From a virus, in the IMG/VR virus record IMGVR_UViG_3300045988_130116: a stretch of 64,000 nt of DNA. The stretch is one strand, 5' to 3'. The notes beneath the pieces are model-generated. The model ran no database searches, was not told where the DNA came from, and worked only from the letters and a program-made list of their open reading frames with translations. Shown piece by piece: positions 60,912 through 64,000 of this stretch (the first letter of the stretch is position 1; each line of letters opens with the position of its first letter). The translations under genes were made by a program, and so were the position numbers.

Positions 60912-61964
60912 CTAAAATACTAAGTTTTCTTTAAATAAATCAAACCCACTAACTTTTTCTAAGTCTTTAAATGTAGGTCTCTCTGTTATACTGAATAGAT
61001 GTTCTATATTTTCAACTAAAGCTAGGATAAATTCAATATAACCATAAACTCTTTTAGCATCTAATGTTCCTGCAAAACATCTAAATTCTATTGTGTGTTC
61101 ATTAGTAAAGTTTATACACATATGTCTTCTTCCTTGAGGTCTTAAACATATTCTCTCGGCTTCATAGGCAGTTAATAAGTTTTCTTCTGTATAGAAGTCA
61201 CACCATTCGGTAAATGAATCATAAGTTCTTCTTGAAAAATCAACTATATCATTTTTATTGCTTTCTAGGAAAGATAAGATTAACGGCATAGCTTTTACAA
61301 CTTCATCAGTTTTAGTAACATGAATGTGTAACCCACATCTATCTGATGCATACATTTCATTACCTCTAAGAGTCTCTAATATATCTTCTACTACGAAGTT
61401 ATTTCTCATAAATTCGTAACTCATAGGATAAGTTATTGTTTCAAAACCGTCATCTAAAGAACCGTCTTCTTCAAAATAAACTTTGTCTGAACCTACTTTA
61501 TCTTGTACTGATAAGGCTATAAGATTTCTATCTAAATCACAATCATAATCTCTTTCAGATTCTATTTCTAATCCAAAGAATATACCATTTGAAGGAGTTC
61601 CATGAAAATGTAATTCTTGACCATGGTGATAGTGATAATATTTAATTACTTTTCTTTCTTCGTAACAATGACTACAAAGAACATCATCTCCCATAACATA
61701 TTCGTCTCCTTTTCTCATAGGTCTACCACATTCGTCACAAGTTATATAGTTTTCATCGAATGCTTCTTGACACATTACTCTACAATTATCGTAAACATCA
61801 GTTATTTCAACTCTATTTTCTATTGGTTCGTAATCTCTATGTTCTTCACAATAGAAGTATCTTTCATCTAAACAATCTACACAGAACCATTCTCCGTTTA
61901 ATTTAACCATTTCATATCTATTTTCTTCTTTCCCACAAACTGAACACATCATTTTATTTTCCAT
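60912..61964 (-). CDS. amidoligase (Amidoligase_2) with N-terminal Zn-ribbon region, tandem paralogue
   Basis: FFGLEIESE, FEEDGSLDDGFETITYPMSYEF, DRCGLHIHVTK, TIEFRCFAGTLDAKR. N-terminus CSVCGK..CVDC..CDECGR..CSHC. Confidence 0.75.
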   Translation of the reverse strand: MENKMMCSVCGKEENRYEMVKLNGEWFCVDCLDERYFYCEEHRDYEPIENRVEITDVYDNCRVMCQEAFDENYITCDECGRPMRKGDEYVMGDDVLCSHCYEERKVIKYYHYHHGQELHFHGTPSNGIFFGLEIESERDYDCDLDRNLIALSVQDKVGSDKVYFEEDGSLDDGFETITYPMSYEFMRNNFVVEDILETLRGNEMYASDRCGLHIHVTKTDEVVKAMPLILSFLESNKNDIVDFSRRTYDSFTEWCDFYTEENLLTAYEAERICLRPQGRRHMCINFTNEHTIEFRCFAGTLDAKRVYGYIEFILALVENIEHLFSITERPTFKDLEKVSGFDLFKENLVF

Positions 61965-61995
61965 TCTATCCTCTCCTTTTCTTTATTATACTTAT

Positions 61996-62024
61996 ATTAT
62001 ATCACATTATCAAAGTGTTGTCAA
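61996..62024 (-). promoter_or_regulatory. sigma-A promoter (family copy, TTTGATAAT subtype)
   Basis: TTGACAACACTTTGATAATGTGATATAAT. Confidence 0.75.
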
Positions 62025-62049
62025 GTGTTTTTCTTGTTTTTCTTCTTTC

Positions 62050-62421
62050 CTACAAACTTAACATATCTATATCAACAGGTAAAAGTATTTTATCCATATC
62101 AAAATCATATTTAAAGAACCAACTTACATCACCTCTTGTTTTTGTTATCCTTTTATCGTTTTTATATTTTTTTATTTCTGTTGCTCTTTCTTTGAATTTA
62201 TCAGAATATGCTTGTAAATCATTTATTGTCATATTTTCAATTACATATGTATTATAGATTATTTGCTTCATTTTTATTAATTTTAAATCTTCTCCTATGT
62301 ATTCTTTAAATAATTCTTCAAAGGTATTCATTGCTTCACCTCGTATCCCGTAATTATAATCCCACTCTTTTATGAAAACATTGTTCCCTTGTTGTGTTGC
62401 ATTGTATAAAACGATTATCAT
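62050..62421 (-). CDS. family B paralogue (123 aa)
   Basis: FEELFKEYIGEDLK .. KYKNDKRITKT. Confidence 0.65.
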   Translation of the reverse strand: MIIVLYNATQQGNNVFIKEWDYNYGIRGEAMNTFEELFKEYIGEDLKLIKMKQIIYNTYVIENMTINDLQAYSDKFKERATEIKKYKNDKRITKTRGDVSWFFKYDFDMDKILLPVDIDMLSL

Positions 62422-62443
62422 TCAATCACCTCCTTTTATATAT

Positions 62444-62472
62444 ATTATATCATATTATCAAAGCGTTGTCAA
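62444..62472 (-). promoter_or_regulatory. sigma-A promoter (family copy, TTTGATAAT subtype)
   Basis: TTGACAACGCTTTGATAATATGATATAAT. Confidence 0.75.
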
Positions 62473-62485
62473 GTGTTTTTAGATT

Positions 62486-62860
62486 TTATTCTTTTATTAT
62501 TACAGGTATTATTATTGGTTTTTCTCGTGCAAAATAATCTATGAAATAACCAACATTCCCCATAAATCTTTTATCTTTTTTATATTTTTTTATATTTTGT
62601 AAGTCTTCACAGAATGCTTTAGAAAGCGTTTCTATATCTTTTATTTCTTTATTTTTTATTGTATAAAAATCAGGATTTTCTTCTATTATTTCCATTTCTA
62701 AATACTCTAAATTCTTATCTCCATATTCTTTATAAAGTTTTTCTAATCTTTCTTCGTCTTTCCAATTTAAAATATGTCCGTACGCCCATTTGCTAATTAT
62801 TATTCCATCAGTAGGTAATCCTATTTTTTGAATCGTGTAATCAAAAATTTTAATTATCAT
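62486..62860 (-). CDS. family B paralogue (124 aa)
   Basis: LEKLYKEYGDKNLE .. KYKKDKRFMGN. Confidence 0.65.
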   Translation of the reverse strand: MIIKIFDYTIQKIGLPTDGIIISKWAYGHILNWKDEERLEKLYKEYGDKNLEYLEMEIIEENPDFYTIKNKEIKDIETLSKAFCEDLQNIKKYKKDKRFMGNVGYFIDYFAREKPIIIPVIIKE

Positions 62861-62893
62861 ATCATCAACTCCTTTATTTCTTATTATACCTAT

Positions 62894-62922
62894 ATTGTAT
62901 CATATTATTATACTGTTGTCAA
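62894..62922 (-). promoter_or_regulatory. sigma-A promoter (family copy, -10 TACAAT)
   Basis: TTGACAACAGTATAATAATATGATACAAT. Confidence 0.65.
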
Positions 62923-62941
62923 GTGTTTTTCTAAAAAAAAA

Positions 62942-63400
62942 TTATTTTTTTTCACATTCACATTTAAGATTATTCTTTAGAACATTATTAAATCTTGTTA
63001 TTTTCCTTTGTTCTCCACAAATATGCTCCAATATACAAGGCTTCATATACCCATTAAAAGACACTATCTTCCATTCATCATGGTATTTATCGGATAGTTT
63101 TTTACGAGCTTTCTCAAGCCTTATATCGTGTTTATATTGTTCTTCTTTGAGTGTTATTTTTTCTTTTAATTTAACAACTCTATCTTTTTCATCCTTGCAT
63201 ATATGGTTAACAAAGGGCAAAGTAGATATATATTTAATATTTCTCTTAAATACATACTCTTTACATTTAGGACATTTAAACCAAGCATAATAATCTTGAT
63301 TATACTTTACTTCACTAGGTTTTAAATCATTTAATTCATTATCCCACCAAGTAGTCATTGAGGGATAAACTCCCTCAAAACTATTTGAATATTCTATCAT
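62942..63400 (-). CDS. Zn-ribbon protein related to the endonuclease N-terminal repeat (no nuclease domain)
   Basis: WWDNELNDLKPSEV..YYAWFKCPKCKEY (DUF4379-like unit). ATG 63400 after GAGGTGATAATA. Confidence 0.6.
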   Translation of the reverse strand: MIEYSNSFEGVYPSMTTWWDNELNDLKPSEVKYNQDYYAWFKCPKCKEYVFKRNIKYISTLPFVNHICKDEKDRVVKLKEKITLKEEQYKHDIRLEKARKKLSDKYHDEWKIVSFNGYMKPCILEHICGEQRKITRFNNVLKNNLKCECEKK

Positions 63401-63418
63401 TATTATCACCTCACAATT

Positions 63419-63447
63419 ATTATATCATATAATTACATTGTTGTCAA
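63419..63447 (-). promoter_or_regulatory. sigma-A promoter (family copy)
   Basis: TTGACAACAATGTAATTATATGATATAAT. Confidence 0.7.
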
Positions 63448-63448
63448 G

Positions 63449-64000
63449 CTAAATTACATCAAATAAAGGATTAGAATTTGATAATTCTTTAAGTTTATCC
63501 TTATCACTATTGAAGTAATGATTAAGAGTAGTTGTACTGCTAGAGTGTCCCAGTTCTTTTCTAACAACGTCTAAGTTCTCACTTGAACCATTTATCATTA
63601 CTGATGAATGACAGGCTCTTAGGGCGTGAGTATTAATTTTATCAAGCCCTGCATTAGTGGATACCTTGTTAATAATTCTAAGAATATCTCTTGAAGATAT
63701 TTTTCTACCTGTTTTAGATAAAAATAATATATCTCCATCTTTTGAAGTAGGTCTATAATTATCTATATAGTAATTTAAGTCTTCTAGTATCTTATTATTA
63801 AGATAAACTATTCTAGTCTTAGAAAACTTAACTCCACCTTCTTCTGCCCATCTAGTCAATATTGTTTCTCCTGTCTCTAGGTTAACATCTTGTATTCTTA
63901 GATATTCTAACTCTGCACATCTTAATCCATTAGATAATAATATAGCTACCATTAAATGATTTCTAAAAGATAATTTACTATCATTTTTATGACTATTTGT
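63449..64000 (-). CDS. tyrosine recombinase/integrase, N-terminus outside window
   Basis: GLRCAEL (Arg I), HALRACH (HxxR), LGHSS..TLNHY (His..Tyr). The frame stays open upstream of track start 63952 to position 64000 (..KLSFRNHLMVAILL). Confidence 0.8.
   Translation of the reverse strand, partial: TNSHKNDSKLSFRNHLMVAILLSNGLRCAELEYLRIQDVNLETGETILTRWAEEGGVKFSKTRIVYLNNKILEDLNYYIDNYRPTSKDGDILFLSKTGRKISSRDILRIINKVSTNAGLDKINTHALRACHSSVMINGSSENLDVVRKELGHSSSTTTLNHYFNSDKDKLKELSNSNPLFDVI

Noticed and set aside
10762-63290. Plus-strand track ORFs inside the minus-strand array (for example 16842..17087, 18109..18555, 36478..36777, 41533..41874, 49594..49845, 62895..63290)
   Set aside because: All lie antisense to motif-bearing or tightly packed minus-strand genes. 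They have F/L/I/S/Y-rich low-complexity translations typical of the reverse strand of AT-rich coding DNA, and they have no SD or promoter context.
12915-63447. Could the ~29-45-bp conserved repeats be a CRISPR array or MITE-like elements?
   Set aside because: The spacing is 0.4-4 kb and filled with genes. All minus-strand copies sit immediately upstream of an SD and start codon. The conserved positions are exactly -35, TG and -10. There are no terminal inverted repeats or target duplications.
1-64000. tRNA, rRNA, IS/transposon ends, retron or DGR components
   Set aside because: I found no cloverleaf-like GC-richer segments, no reverse transcriptase or transposase motifs, and no long terminal inverted repeats. 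The only recombinase is the tyrosine recombinase at the right edge, and no visible att-like repeat falls within the window.

Overview
AT-rich, very gene-dense window that reads as part of a large low-GC Firmicute (Clostridium-like) phage or phage-plasmid.

Plus-strand module (1 to 10.1 kb):
- the end of a tailspike gene and a Hep_Hag-repeat fibre gene
- a type II partition cassette (actin-like ParM plus a small ParR-like protein)
- small RHH-like proteins
- a three-gene operon of two membrane proteins and an FtsK/HerA-type ATPase

This module converges at a palindrome-rich intergenic region (10.06-10.4 kb) with a ~54-kb minus-strand early/replication array. That array encodes:
- nucleotide metabolism: dUTPase, P-loop kinase, guanylate-kinase-like kinase, NrdD/NrdG, 5'-deoxyribonucleotidase, ThyX
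- replication and recombination: DnaE-like Pol III alpha, primase, DnaB-like helicase, RecJ-like exonuclease, RecU, ERF annealase, an SSB-like protein, RNase HI, an AEP-type Rep/primase
- DNA modification and nucleases: Dam, Dcm (broken by one in-frame TAA), an MBL/beta-CASP nuclease, a nucleotidyltransferase plus HNH pair
- other: SPL-like radical SAM, two sigma factors, NADAR/YbiA, a YyaC-like protein, two tandem amidoligases, and a tyrosine recombinase that runs off the right edge

I saw no rRNA, tRNA, CRISPR array or IS element.

The strongest non-coding signal is at least 28 copies of one near-perfect sigma-A promoter cassette (TTGACA, 17 nt, TATAAT, with a TG extension). It punctuates the array every 1-4 genes.

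Other points:
- expanded families of small unknown proteins (a 7-member YKEY/DKR family, a 4-member family, Cys-rich pairs)
- free-standing homing-endonuclease-like genes sitting on promoter halves
- five reading frames broken by an in-frame TAA or by homopolymer shifts
- at least one good ORF missing from the supplied track

All functional calls come from motifs read by eye. No database search was run.
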